Positions 39,401-48,655 of a stretch of DNA of 64,000 bases are shown piece by piece. This stretch comes from a candidate division WOR-3 bacterium (GTDB taxonomy: Bacteria > Hydrothermota > 32-111). The first letter of the stretch is position 1, and each line of letters starts with the position of its first letter. The translations under genes were made by a program, and so were the position numbers. The notes beneath the pieces are model-generated. The model was not told where the DNA came from. It did no database searches and worked only from the letters and a program-made list of their open reading frames with translations. The DNA is taken from positions 222,198 through 286,197 of the forward strand of contig JBDRZY010000001.1 in NCBI GenBank assembly GCA_039804205.1, in the 5' to 3' direction.

Positions 39401-39490
39401 AAAATCGTTTTGATTTTGTTCAATTCTCAACTCATAAGATAATAATGGAACAAAAAAGAGTAAAATGATAAAGTTTACAACCTTTTTCAT
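36485..39490 (-). CDS. large secreted peptidase C25 (gingipain-family)-like protein with a possible T9SS-type C-terminal domain
   Basis: Signal peptide. C25-like N-terminal region (CIILIGDENRINPYRY...DTIFVPISRIPV). Candidate catalytic His (IYRGHGNT) and Cys (FFSCLIGNFD). 1001 aa. C-terminal beta-rich tail (KKIYFDRTGRKVF...IYFSENKKILMIKK). Confidence 0.55.
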   Translation of the reverse strand: MKKVVNFIILLFFVPLLSYELRIEQNQNDFEVPFVPFSKKLIFDYEKNVLVVHQKDISPERLNFILLSLGYQYINIVNQDTSFNSVKQLIDSIKNTEKLCCIILIGDENRINPYRYCLNPYTLKYFSSDLLLSYPLTDTIFVPISRIPVSNQEQLNIYVEKLKNFLFDNSTVDFIFSSPFYDYNQDSTEDYLYFTYPYLINKILKGKIYGETNSLFPKYTYTYEKLPDSLMFPQYNWIFELNILHQEINNFIFIYRGHGNTISTVLPDFSLNEINSLEFPKSGFFLFFSCLIGNFDKANSNYERSFTESLFGSRCNAILTFSSSSETFYQFNNYMMNKFFDFFNDNCFKLEKTQSESIFSDLYTKLVFSFLNYAGINDYSISQILSYNVFGVPVLCMKKSFTIKPYSLPNSVDISDSLLEINIIEPCKINIFSKEKILDTFNFSEPSKIFYRFFNLKPKSFYYISSYKNGILFLDSFYLDGDSIFIDTFYFSDNLSNNNHRIEEGEPVQIFFKLNKNDEHDININSTCCEILDSVVFDGEYYTTTVRTIKGSKSLDLNIKVDSLTFYLTFPVNRFRIIVDSIISNETIIFYENQEYQIGILISKLNDFPSESIQIKFLHNGYKVLKDTFWLKTPFEKVILWNHFTFFNDTNNIKIEYSNGFIKDTVDFIILTTKKFSLFFFDPVNTYQNSNFLTFLKDSMKIFLNISNRIDSSIFYSAYFFSYGVYPKIYHITSDESKFIEKLISKNIPMIVEGGDVFGYDKEGKRIKEFFNIKESYDGNYLYKGSNLSILPLGIDLIYDTTTNYMDYYITDHPVLSFENKILGSFKDNRIAQSPLLKNLKYHDQNILYYYYTLFLFDFHEGISFKETIDISINKSFEIYSNVDNPQLIFYISLSSFIDSIKFENGSVIDSYSKKIAKIFIKRDSPPFFSKIVLSTGFSEYPLFLKYNPYNQTKEVKTKEKFKNEDKKIYFDRTGRKVFKHDVKNFDIYFSENKKILMIKK

Positions 39491-39560
39491 ATTTCCTCCT
39501 TTTGTAAAATTTTATATAATTTTTTACAAAAAGTCAAGAGGTTTTTTTAAAAAATTTTTC

Positions 39561-39589
39561 TTGACTCTGAACCATTTTGGGTTTAATAT
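39561..39589 (+). promoter_or_regulatory. sigma70-like promoter (TTGACT, 17 nt, TAATAT) for the 39613 gene
   Basis: TTGACTctgaaccattttgggttTAATAT, followed by a GGAGG SD 8 nt before the ATG. It lies in the divergent intergenic region shared with the C25-like gene. Confidence 0.45.
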
Positions 39590-39612
39590 AAAAGGGAACA
39601 GGAGGGTTTTTT

Positions 39613-41388
39613 ATGAAAAAATCCATTATTTTTTTGTTAAGTTTTTTGGTCATTTTTGTGATGCTATTCCCTCAAAATTTCAGTAATGTGAGAATATTTT
39701 TATGGGATAACGATAATGGACTTACCTTTAAAGATCCTGATAATTCAGATAAATATATAGGATATGAAGAAAATCTAAGACAATCTTTTGAATTTCTTGG
39801 GTTTTCAAAAGATTCCCATAATCTTGACATAAACAATACTTTACCCCCAATAAATGAACTATTGCAGTATGGTGCAGTTTTTATAACATGTGGACCTCGA
39901 CCCGCTTTAACCACTATAATTTCCCAGAGTGATATAGATAAACTGAAAGAATACCTTGATAGTGGTGGTTGTTTATACCTTGAAGGTAACAATATTGCAG
40001 ATTATCTTGATAGAACAGATAAAAATTTTTTGAATTCCTATTTTAACAATTACTTACTTTACAGTGGTGGAGCAAACTATTCCTATGTTGAAACAGTTTA
40101 TACAGATACAACATCAAACTTTTGTAGATATTATGAATTTGTGTATCCTGCTGGGACTGCACCTGATTACTCTATAGATCAACTTGGAAACTTTTATGGA
40201 CTTGGAGAACCTTACTATTATCCATTCCTTGTTTTCAATGCCAAAGGGAAACTTTATAGATCAACAGCAACAGCGTATACTCCACCTGAATCAAAAGCAC
40301 CATACTATTTCCCTGGAAAGACAGTGATGCAAACAACAGATTTTGGTGCCTACGCTTTTCCTTATAAACAGGGTAAAGATATACCAGATTCGATGAAAAA
40401 TATTCTGATAAGAACAAGTTATCTAAGAGATATTTTGAGATTCTTCTCAATCGGAAGAACTCTTGTGATACAGGATGATGGACAGGTAGCAAAAGCAACC
40501 TATGATCTTTTAAAAGCACTTGATAACAATGGAATAGAATACTTTTATATAAACTTAAAACCTACGGGGACCTACCCAACCTATACTTTTCTTTCGAAAT
40601 TTACAACAGTTATTCTTTATACAGGTGAATATGGTGAACCTTTTGTTTTACCTAACGATACATTCAATCTTCAGAGATATCTGACTTACGGAGGCAACAT
40701 TTTGGTATCGGGCGAAAATCTTGCCCAATCGTATGGAATACCTGGACAGAACTTACAAACTGATGAATTTCCATTTTTAGCATACTTCTTATGGATCGAT
40801 TACAGATCAAGTATATACGATGATATTTTCTTTACAGCAGATAAAACAAGTTTTTATTCTTTAAATCCATATACATCTTTAATACAACAGGTTGAAGCAA
40901 CTTCTTCAAAAGTTGATTATGTGATGCCTTTCCCAAGAGACACTTTTGTTAAGGTAAACTATTTTCTTGGTAAATCAAAGGCACCTGTATATGTTGGTGT
41001 TAACAATGTTGCGAAAACACATAAATCAGTTTTTTTTGGTTTCCCGCTTGAATACATTGATGGTAAAAATCTTGATCAGTTGATAAAAGAGACGTTTTCA
41101 AACTTTTTTGATTATGATCTTAGTTTTAATCTAACAAGAACAAATGAGACAACTCAAAAAGAGATTATCACCAAAGATAAAGAAGAAAAAGGTAAGATCT
41201 ATTTTTCTGGAAATAAGATCATTCTTGAAAATATTAACTCTGCAAAACTTGTTGATTGTTACGGAAAGATTTTGAAAACTCTTTACCATGGAGAAAATGA
41301 TTTAAAAGAAGTACACAGAAATGGATTATTCTTTGTAATTTTCAAGGAGAACAACACTTTTAAAAGCATAAAACTTTTAAAGTTTTAA
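39613..41388 (+). CDS. secreted protein with T9SS-type C-terminal sorting domain (Por_Secre_tail-like)
   Basis: Signal peptide. The last ~70 aa (KIYFSGNKIILENINSAKLVDCYGKILKTLYHGEND...GLFFVIFKENNTFKSIKLLKF) fit the T9SS CTD pattern. The N-terminal 500 aa are of unknown function. Confidence 0.5.
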   Translation: MKKSIIFLLSFLVIFVMLFPQNFSNVRIFLWDNDNGLTFKDPDNSDKYIGYEENLRQSFEFLGFSKDSHNLDINNTLPPINELLQYGAVFITCGPRPALTTIISQSDIDKLKEYLDSGGCLYLEGNNIADYLDRTDKNFLNSYFNNYLLYSGGANYSYVETVYTDTTSNFCRYYEFVYPAGTAPDYSIDQLGNFYGLGEPYYYPFLVFNAKGKLYRSTATAYTPPESKAPYYFPGKTVMQTTDFGAYAFPYKQGKDIPDSMKNILIRTSYLRDILRFFSIGRTLVIQDDGQVAKATYDLLKALDNNGIEYFYINLKPTGTYPTYTFLSKFTTVILYTGEYGEPFVLPNDTFNLQRYLTYGGNILVSGENLAQSYGIPGQNLQTDEFPFLAYFLWIDYRSSIYDDIFFTADKTSFYSLNPYTSLIQQVEATSSKVDYVMPFPRDTFVKVNYFLGKSKAPVYVGVNNVAKTHKSVFFGFPLEYIDGKNLDQLIKETFSNFFDYDLSFNLTRTNETTQKEIITKDKEEKGKIYFSGNKIILENINSAKLVDCYGKILKTLYHGENDLKEVHRNGLFFVIFKENNTFKSIKLLKF

Positions 41389-41429
41389 ATTGTTGAATTT
41401 TTTTTGTTTTAACATATAATCTTTTCCAT

Positions 41430-43001
41430 ATGGGTAAAATAATTGTTATCGGTGGTGGAGGTCCTGCAGGGCTTACCGCTGCATATCTTTTTTCAAAAAA
41501 CAAAAACTATCAGGTGATACTTTTTGAAAAATCAAATATTCTTGGTGGAATCGCAAAAACATACAACTATAATGGAAACAGAATAGATCTTGGTGGACAT
41601 AGATTCTTTTCAAAATCTTCATGGGTAATGGATTTCTGGACCTCAATTTTCCCAATACAGACCGAAAGATCGAAAGATCAAATAATATTAAATCAAACCA
41701 TTGATCTGAAAAAAGGTGAAAAGGTTGTTGATCCGGAAAAAGAGGACAATCTTTTTCTCGTTAGAAACAGATTATCAAGAATATTTTATGGTAGAAAATT
41801 TTACACCTATCCTGTAAGTTTATCTTTTGAGACATTAAAAAATCTTGGAATTTCAAAAAGTTTTAAAATAGGTCTGGACTATTTGAAAGTCAAATTTAAA
41901 CCGATAAAAGAAGAAAAGAATCTTGAAGATTTCTTTATTAACAGGTTTGGTTTTGAACTCTACGATACATTTTTCAAGGATTATACTGAAAAGGTGTGGG
42001 GAGTTTCATGTAAAGACATTGAAGCGAGCTGGGGAAGGCAAAGAGTAAAAGGACTTGATATAGGAAAAGCGATAGTTCATGCGATAACAAAAAATTTTAA
42101 AAGTAAAAATATTGATCAAAAGGAAGTTGAAACGAGTTTGATCGAAAAATTTCTGTATCCAAAATATGGACCCGGGCAATTCTGGGAGGAACTTGGTAAT
42201 CTTGTTGAAAAAAATGGTGGAAGAATAGAGAAAAATAAAAAGATTGTTGGAGTTGTTTTAAAGGATAACAGAGTAACATCTATCAAAATTGAAGATAAAA
42301 ATAAAAAAATTGAGAAAATAGATTGCGATTATTTCATATCAACACTTCCGATAAAAGATCTGTTTGAAGGAATCGAAGGTGACAGTATACCTGATGATGT
42401 AAAAAATGTTGCGTTGAATTTACAGTACAGGGATTTTTTCACTGTTGGTGTTTTATTAAAAAAATTGTTACTTGAGAACAAAACGAAAATAAAAACAGTA
42501 AACAATATCATTCCCGATAACTGGATCTACATTCAGGAAAAGGATGTTAAGGTTGGAAGAGCTCAAATCTTTAACAACTGGTCCCCATATCTTGTAAAGG
42601 ATTTAAGTTCTGTATGGATGGGACTCGAATATTTTGCAAACACATCTGACTGGATCTGGAACCTTGATGATGATCTTTTAAAGAATTTTTCCTATGAGGA
42701 GATGGAAAAAATAGGATTCTTTAAAAAGGAAGATGTTCTAGATAGTATAATTTTAAGAGAAGAAAAAGCATATCCTGCATATTTTGGTGTCTACAAAAAT
42801 TTTGATATTGTGAAAAATTATTCTGATAAGATTGAAAATCTTTTCTTAATTGGAAGAAATGGAATGCACAGATACAACAATATGGATCATTCGATGCTTA
42901 GTGCCAAAGAATGTTATGAAATAATCACAGGGAACAAAAAGAGCAAAGAAACGATCTGGAATGTGAACGCAGAGGAATCCTATCATGAAACAAAAAGTTA
43001 A
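41430..43001 (+). CDS. FAD/NAD(P)-binding oxidoreductase (amine-oxidase / UDP-galactopyranose-mutase superfamily)
   Basis: N-terminal dinucleotide-binding motif KIIVIGGGGPAGLTAAY...EKSNILGG. 523 aa. Confidence 0.6.
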   Translation: MGKIIVIGGGGPAGLTAAYLFSKNKNYQVILFEKSNILGGIAKTYNYNGNRIDLGGHRFFSKSSWVMDFWTSIFPIQTERSKDQIILNQTIDLKKGEKVVDPEKEDNLFLVRNRLSRIFYGRKFYTYPVSLSFETLKNLGISKSFKIGLDYLKVKFKPIKEEKNLEDFFINRFGFELYDTFFKDYTEKVWGVSCKDIEASWGRQRVKGLDIGKAIVHAITKNFKSKNIDQKEVETSLIEKFLYPKYGPGQFWEELGNLVEKNGGRIEKNKKIVGVVLKDNRVTSIKIEDKNKKIEKIDCDYFISTLPIKDLFEGIEGDSIPDDVKNVALNLQYRDFFTVGVLLKKLLLENKTKIKTVNNIIPDNWIYIQEKDVKVGRAQIFNNWSPYLVKDLSSVWMGLEYFANTSDWIWNLDDDLLKNFSYEEMEKIGFFKKEDVLDSIILREEKAYPAYFGVYKNFDIVKNYSDKIENLFLIGRNGMHRYNNMDHSMLSAKECYEIITGNKKSKETIWNVNAEESYHETKS

Positions 43002-44511
43002 AGATTTTATTTTAAAAAACTATTTTTGGTTAACACTCTTTATTTTTTCATTAACTTTCTTTTTCCTTTTCCCTTTTTTCAGGTATCAGATCAACCCTGA
43101 TGGGATTTCACTTATAAATATCACTAAAAAATATTTAACGGGAAATTTCAAACTTGCTGTGAACGGCTATTGGTCTCCCTTGATCTCTTTTTTACTTGTT
43201 CCCTTTCTGGTCGTTTTTAAAGAAGGTATAATTTCATTTAAAATTTTATCATACTTTATTGGTTTATTTTCAATATACTCGTTTGATAGATTTTTAAAAA
43301 ATAGCGGTGTGAAATCAAACTACAGAAAAATTTTTTTAATGATCATTTTACCAGTTGTTACAACACATTTTACACTTATAACCATTACATCAGATTTTAT
43401 CACTACAACTTTTTTTCTGTTTTTATTATCATTTTTAGTTGATGAGAATATTTTCAAACAAAAATATTCTTTTATTTTGGTTGGATTCATAGGTTTTTTA
43501 ACATATCTTGCAAAGACATACGGTTTTTTCTTTTTCCTTGGTCTTTTGATGATTTTATTCTTGTTTAACCTAATAAAAAAGGATTTTAAAAATGTAAAAT
43601 ATTTTTTTCTGTCAGGAATAGTTTTTATCTTTTTATCATCAATCTGGATAATTGCTATTTCTGCAAAATATGGTTATCCGACTCTTGGAACAACAGGAAA
43701 ATTCAACTATACAGTTTTAACAGTTGATACTTTAAAACTGAAAGAGATTTACACACATCCACTCCCACCACCAGATTCGTTTTCAACATCTTTCTGGGAT
43801 GATCCTTCATATGTTAAACATCCTGAAATTAATATAAAAATGATAGTTGGAAATTTGAACTATTATTTAAAAATAGTTTCTGAGAGAACATTAAGAACAT
43901 TTAAACTTTTACTCTCATTTTCTTTATTTTTACCTTTATTTTTTATTCTTTCTATCTTTTTGTTTATTAAAAAGAAGAACAGAAAAAATCTCTTATTGAT
44001 TTTTTCAGCCTCAATTCTATCTTTCATTGGATATCTACCTGTAGAAATTGAAAGAAGATATATCTTTATTAATTTTTATTTAATTGCTTCTTTGTTTTTA
44101 ATCATTTTAGAAAATTTTGAAATCAAAAATTATTTAAAGATTCTATCTTTTGTTTTGATTTCATTATCATTTTTGATAATGCCTATGAAAGAGTTGAAAT
44201 CTGATCTTAACTCTGGAAAAGATGTTTACAACCTTTATTTAAAACTGAAGGATCTGAACATTTCAGGCAATATTGCATCCAATTCAAACAGAAAGAACAC
44301 AACCTATATTTCCTATTATCTGAATTTAAAATATTTTGGAACGTTTTATTATTCAGATGATGAAAAGAAATTTTTCGAAGATTTAAACACATATAAAATT
44401 TCATACTATTTTTATTATGGTGATAAAATGTCATTTCTTGATTCAACACATATTATTTATAGGACATCTTTTCAAGATGAGAGTTTAAAAATTTACAGGA
44501 TCGATGAATAA
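42985..44511 (+). CDS. polytopic membrane protein, GT-C-like (ArnT/PMT-type) glycosyltransferase candidate
   Basis: About 12 predicted TM helices. First periplasmic loop INPDGISL...NGYWSPL. Overlaps the upstream FAD oxidoreductase gene by 17 nt. Confidence 0.45.
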   Translation: MKQKVKDFILKNYFWLTLFIFSLTFFFLFPFFRYQINPDGISLINITKKYLTGNFKLAVNGYWSPLISFLLVPFLVVFKEGIISFKILSYFIGLFSIYSFDRFLKNSGVKSNYRKIFLMIILPVVTTHFTLITITSDFITTTFFLFLLSFLVDENIFKQKYSFILVGFIGFLTYLAKTYGFFFFLGLLMILFLFNLIKKDFKNVKYFFLSGIVFIFLSSIWIIAISAKYGYPTLGTTGKFNYTVLTVDTLKLKEIYTHPLPPPDSFSTSFWDDPSYVKHPEINIKMIVGNLNYYLKIVSERTLRTFKLLLSFSLFLPLFFILSIFLFIKKKNRKNLLLIFSASILSFIGYLPVEIERRYIFINFYLIASLFLIILENFEIKNYLKILSFVLISLSFLIMPMKELKSDLNSGKDVYNLYLKLKDLNISGNIASNSNRKNTTYISYYLNLKYFGTFYYSDDEKKFFEDLNTYKISYYFYYGDKMSFLDSTHIIYRTSFQDESLKIYRIDE

Positions 44512-45364
44512 AAATTTAATAGAAGTTTTCAAAATCGAAAATCTTTTTTTAAGATCAAAATATATTCTAAAAGGATATTTTTCAGGTATCCATAAAACTC
44601 CATATAAGGGATTTTCGTCCGAATTTTCCGAATACAGGGAATATATTCAGGGAGATGATTTTAAAAGGATTGACTGGAAAGTTTTTTTAAGGAGTGAAAA
44701 ACTGTTTGTAAGAGAAAACGAAGGTGAGTCGGATACCGATATTCAAGTTTTTCTTGATTCCTCAAAATCTATGCAATTTTCAAACAAATTTGAATATGGA
44801 AAAACCTTACTCTTTATTTTTGCGTTAATTTCAAAAAAACAAAACGATTCTTTTGGTTATTCACTTTATAACAACAGAATAAGAGTTTTTCATAAACCAT
44901 CAAAAAAGCAAAACCTGATTTTTCAAATCCACAGAGAACTTGAACAGATAAAACCTGAAGGGAACACTGAAGGTGCAAAAGTTTTGCAGGATATCCTTTC
45001 AAAAGTAAAAAGATCAACTTTTGTGATTTTTATAACAGATTTTGGAGAGAATCTTGAAAATATTATGAAAACGATATCCATTTACAAAATTTTCAAAAAC
45101 GATTCAATAGTTTTTCATCTTCAAAGTAAAGAAGAATTTGAAAGAAAAAATTTTGAAAACACATATTTAAAAGATATGGAAACAGGTAAAACCGTTTTTC
45201 TTGATTCATCTTATGATAGGTTGAAAATTTTAAATCAGAGAAATGAAAGGATAAAAAAGATATGCTATGAAAATGGAATAGATTATAACCGGATCATGAT
45301 CGAGGAAGGATTTGAAAAACCACTTTCAAAATTCTTTTTAAGGAGAAAAAGTGTTTTTCTATAG
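44504..45364 (+). CDS. DUF58 family protein (MoxR/Bat-operon-associated vWA-like)
   Basis: DUF58 core FKRIDWKVFLRSEKLFVRENEGESDTDIQVFLDSSKSM. Confidence 0.65.
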   Translation: MNKNLIEVFKIENLFLRSKYILKGYFSGIHKTPYKGFSSEFSEYREYIQGDDFKRIDWKVFLRSEKLFVRENEGESDTDIQVFLDSSKSMQFSNKFEYGKTLLFIFALISKKQNDSFGYSLYNNRIRVFHKPSKKQNLIFQIHRELEQIKPEGNTEGAKVLQDILSKVKRSTFVIFITDFGENLENIMKTISIYKIFKNDSIVFHLQSKEEFERKNFENTYLKDMETGKTVFLDSSYDRLKILNQRNERIKKICYENGIDYNRIMIEEGFEKPLSKFFLRRKSVFL

Positions 45365-46703
45365 GGAGTATCTTTTTATTCTTTTTTTTCTTTTACCTCC
45401 ATTTCTCTTGTTATTAATATTTTCAAAGAAATTCAAAAAAGTAAAAAATTATCCTTATGTTGATGTTTTTAATGAGGAAGAAAAAAGTGTTATAAAAAAG
45501 GATTTTAAAGTTTTCATTTATATTTTCAAAATAATTCTCTTTTTGCTTTCATTTTCATGTTTTATACTTTTTTTATCAAAACCATACATAAAATCACAAA
45601 AAATTGAATTTCTTTTTATATATATAGACAATACACCATTTTTAAACCTTAAGAGTGAAAAGGTTGATAGTATAATAGAAAAATATAAAAGTGAAAACGA
45701 CTTTGAAAATATTTTGATATTTGATAATGATGGAAAACAAGATTATCCGTTGAATAAAGAAAAGATTTTTTCTGGAAAACTTTTGGAAAAGGAAAAAGTG
45801 ATCAGAAATTTTGTTAAAATAGTGCATAGCATAAATTCTCCGTCAATAAAAAAAATTTTGATCTCAGATAGAGTTTATGAAAAGTTCAGAGAGGATTTTG
45901 ATTTTATAAAAATTGATAATGATTTTGATGTTCTGATAATTGATATTTCGCCGGTGATCAAAATTTTTTCAAAAGATGAAAAGATCGCTTCCCTGATGAT
46001 AAACGATAAACAAGAAAAGGTTTTACTTAAAAAAGGGATCAATTTTTTCGATGTTAGATTTGATTCTTTAACTTTTTTAAAAGTTTTTAATGATTCAATA
46101 AAATTTTCAAAAACAATATTATTAAAAAATAAAAAGGTAAACATCCTGATGAATGAAAAGAGCATCAACATAGCACTTAGAACACTTGGATATGAAATAG
46201 GAAAAAGTGATATATTTATTTCTGATAAAGATGATATAAAAAAAGGTATTGTTTTTTTTAAGGAATACAGTTTCAATACAACACCAGGAAAAAAAGAAAT
46301 AATTTTTAAGGATAAAAATCTAAAAGAAATTGTAAAAAATGGATTTGACAATCTTTACTATAACAGAATTTCGAATATCCCAAAAGAACCTTTAATCGTT
46401 GATGAAGATGGGAATAAACTTGTTTCATTTTCAGATGAAAAATTTTATGTTTCTTTACCACTTGATACAAATTTTTCAAATTTTATTTTGTCTTCTGGAT
46501 TTTTACCTCTGTTGAACTATATGCTCGATTTTTTCTCAAAGAAAAGTGTTGATTTTGATAGAAAAATTTTTGATTACAGAGAAGAAGTTTTAAAAACAGG
46601 ACTATCGTTTTCAGGCGAAGAACCAACTTTAAAGTTAAAAGATATGAGTAAAATCTTCTTTATTCTTTTTTTGATAACAACCTTTTTATTTTTGTTGATC
46701 TAA
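45351..46703 (+). CDS. membrane-anchored protein with BatA_N (aerotolerance regulator N-terminal)-like domain
   Basis: N-terminus MFFYREYLFILFFLLPPFLLLLIFSKKFKK...YPYV fits the BatA_N pattern. 450 aa with a C-terminal TM. No vWA motif seen. Confidence 0.45.
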   Translation: MFFYREYLFILFFLLPPFLLLLIFSKKFKKVKNYPYVDVFNEEEKSVIKKDFKVFIYIFKIILFLLSFSCFILFLSKPYIKSQKIEFLFIYIDNTPFLNLKSEKVDSIIEKYKSENDFENILIFDNDGKQDYPLNKEKIFSGKLLEKEKVIRNFVKIVHSINSPSIKKILISDRVYEKFREDFDFIKIDNDFDVLIIDISPVIKIFSKDEKIASLMINDKQEKVLLKKGINFFDVRFDSLTFLKVFNDSIKFSKTILLKNKKVNILMNEKSINIALRTLGYEIGKSDIFISDKDDIKKGIVFFKEYSFNTTPGKKEIIFKDKNLKEIVKNGFDNLYYNRISNIPKEPLIVDEDGNKLVSFSDEKFYVSLPLDTNFSNFILSSGFLPLLNYMLDFFSKKSVDFDRKIFDYREEVLKTGLSFSGEEPTLKLKDMSKIFFILFLITTFLFLLI

Positions 46704-47038
46704 AATACTGCTTTTTTTAAACAACCAGCTCTCAAAAATCAAACACTATCTATAGGATCAGTACGAAAGATATTTGTCATTCTTGTTTTAATTCTATTTT
46801 TTGTCTATAAATGATAATGACTTTTAAGTACTTACATTTTATCTGAAAAGTGAATTTTAGAGGATAGTGCTATAGAAAAGATATAAGAAAATGAAATCAA
46901 GAATAAAGAAGGTGAGATGAGATAAAATAAAATTTAAAAAATTTATTAAGAGATTATATGGTTTTTAGTATTATCCATTAATTTTTTATATTGACAAATT
47001 TTAATTTTATTTTATTATTTTTATAAAAGGAGTAATTT

Positions 47039-48622
47039 ATGAAGAGGGGATTATCAGTATTAATACTTATTATCTTTGTCTCACTTTATCCATTTGCGAA
47101 CTCTAATGGACTTTTAGATATTCCAACAGCAGAGATTCAAAAAAATGGTGAATTCTCTTTTGGAATAGATTTCTCTTTATCATCTGCTTTAACCAACGAT
47201 GATGTTCCTTTCACCTACAATCTATTTTTCTCTTATGGTCTTCTTGATATGTTTGACGTGACTTTGAATATGCTCACATATAAAGATTATACGATTGACT
47301 TTCAATACAACTTTTTAAAACCTAAAGGAAATCTTCCATCACTTTCAGCAGGTATAAGAAATATAACCTATAGAAAATACATCGATGAAGGGGGAGGAGG
47401 AGATACAAGTGCGATCGGTCTTTCAGATCATAACTATAGTTTAAGATCACAGGATTGGTTCTCTCTATACATTGTTGCAACAAAAGATTTTAAAAATTTT
47501 GGTAAATATACCCTGGGTCTTGGTAGAGGGGAATTCGTCGGTTATGGAAGAGGAAAATATCTTTCAACATCGATCCTATTTGATGAACAGGCACTTGAGA
47601 ATGGTGCAAACGAGTTTATGTTCAGTTTCTTTGGTGGTGCAGAGATTCCAATCGTGTATGGGTTGAGTTTTCTTGGAGATGTAACTGGAAGGGATGTTAA
47701 TCTCGGTTTGAAATATAATCTAAAAGATTTGAATGTTGTTTTTGGGTTAACCCATGCTGAACTTTTCACATCAGGTGATCCCACACTTAAACCAAGAATT
47801 GAAATAGGAGCAAATTATACGATCAATTTTGGTGGACCGAAAAAAGAGAGTATGGGAACTTTAATAGTAAATGTTGTTGATGCTTCGAATGATAAACTTT
47901 TGGATGCAACTTTGACTTTTGAGGAAACTAACCTCCAGCCAATAAGTTTGACAGGTGGATATAAAAAATTACAGATAAAACCAGGGAAATATACCTTAAA
48001 AATTGAATCCAATGGGTACAAATGGCAAAAAAGAATATTCACAGTTTCCTCTGGAGTTACTACAGAACTCAATGTGAAATTGAATAAAAAGGATGATACA
48101 GAAAAGATAAACCATGATAAAGCGATACAACTTGCAAAAGATGCAAAAACCCTCTTGAACAAAGGAGATATTGTTGGTGCTCTGTCAAAACTGAACGAAG
48201 CGATAAAACTTGCACCTGACGATCCCACTGTTCTTGCTTACATGCAGGAAGCAAACACAAAAAAACAACAGATGATCAAAACATACAGAGAGAATGCACT
48301 TTCCTATGAAGGAAAAGGCTGGATCAAATCAGCGATTTCCGAGTGGAACAATCTGTTACTTCTTGATCCAAAAAACAGTGAGGCACTCCAGCATATAGAT
48401 GAACTGAAAAAACAACAACAGAAAGAAGAGCAGAAAACTGCTGAAAAACCAAAAGAAACAAAACCAACAGTTGATCCAAACAAACTTTACGAGGAAGGTT
48501 ATGCAGCATACCTTGCAGGTGACTACAAGACCGCTGTTGCAAAATTTGAAGCTGTTTTGAAAATAGATCCAAAACATGAAAAAGCACAGAAGTATTTAGA
48601 TAAAGCAAAGAAGAGATTGTAA
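47039..48622 (+). CDS. secreted/outer-membrane protein with a CarboxypepD_reg-like beta-sandwich and C-terminal TPR helices
   Basis: Signal peptide. Beta-rich N-terminal 270 aa. TLIVNVVDASNDKLLDATLTF...KPGKYTLKIESNGY (CarbopepD_reg-like). C-terminal TPR-like pairs (YEEGYAAYLAGDYKTAVAKFEAVLKIDP). Confidence 0.5.
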   Translation: MKRGLSVLILIIFVSLYPFANSNGLLDIPTAEIQKNGEFSFGIDFSLSSALTNDDVPFTYNLFFSYGLLDMFDVTLNMLTYKDYTIDFQYNFLKPKGNLPSLSAGIRNITYRKYIDEGGGGDTSAIGLSDHNYSLRSQDWFSLYIVATKDFKNFGKYTLGLGRGEFVGYGRGKYLSTSILFDEQALENGANEFMFSFFGGAEIPIVYGLSFLGDVTGRDVNLGLKYNLKDLNVVFGLTHAELFTSGDPTLKPRIEIGANYTINFGGPKKESMGTLIVNVVDASNDKLLDATLTFEETNLQPISLTGGYKKLQIKPGKYTLKIESNGYKWQKRIFTVSSGVTTELNVKLNKKDDTEKINHDKAIQLAKDAKTLLNKGDIVGALSKLNEAIKLAPDDPTVLAYMQEANTKKQQMIKTYRENALSYEGKGWIKSAISEWNNLLLLDPKNSEALQHIDELKKQQQKEEQKTAEKPKETKPTVDPNKLYEEGYAAYLAGDYKTAVAKFEAVLKIDPKHEKAQKYLDKAKKRL

Positions 48623-48631
48623 AATTTTTAA

Positions 48632-48655
48632 AGGGGGATAGATTCCCCCTTTTTT
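48632..48655 (+). terminator. rho-independent terminator (AGGGGGA-tagat-TCCCCCT + TTTTT)
   Basis: Perfect 7-bp G/C stem plus a T5 run, 9 nt after the upstream stop. The ATG at 48656 follows the T-run directly. Confidence 0.6.
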
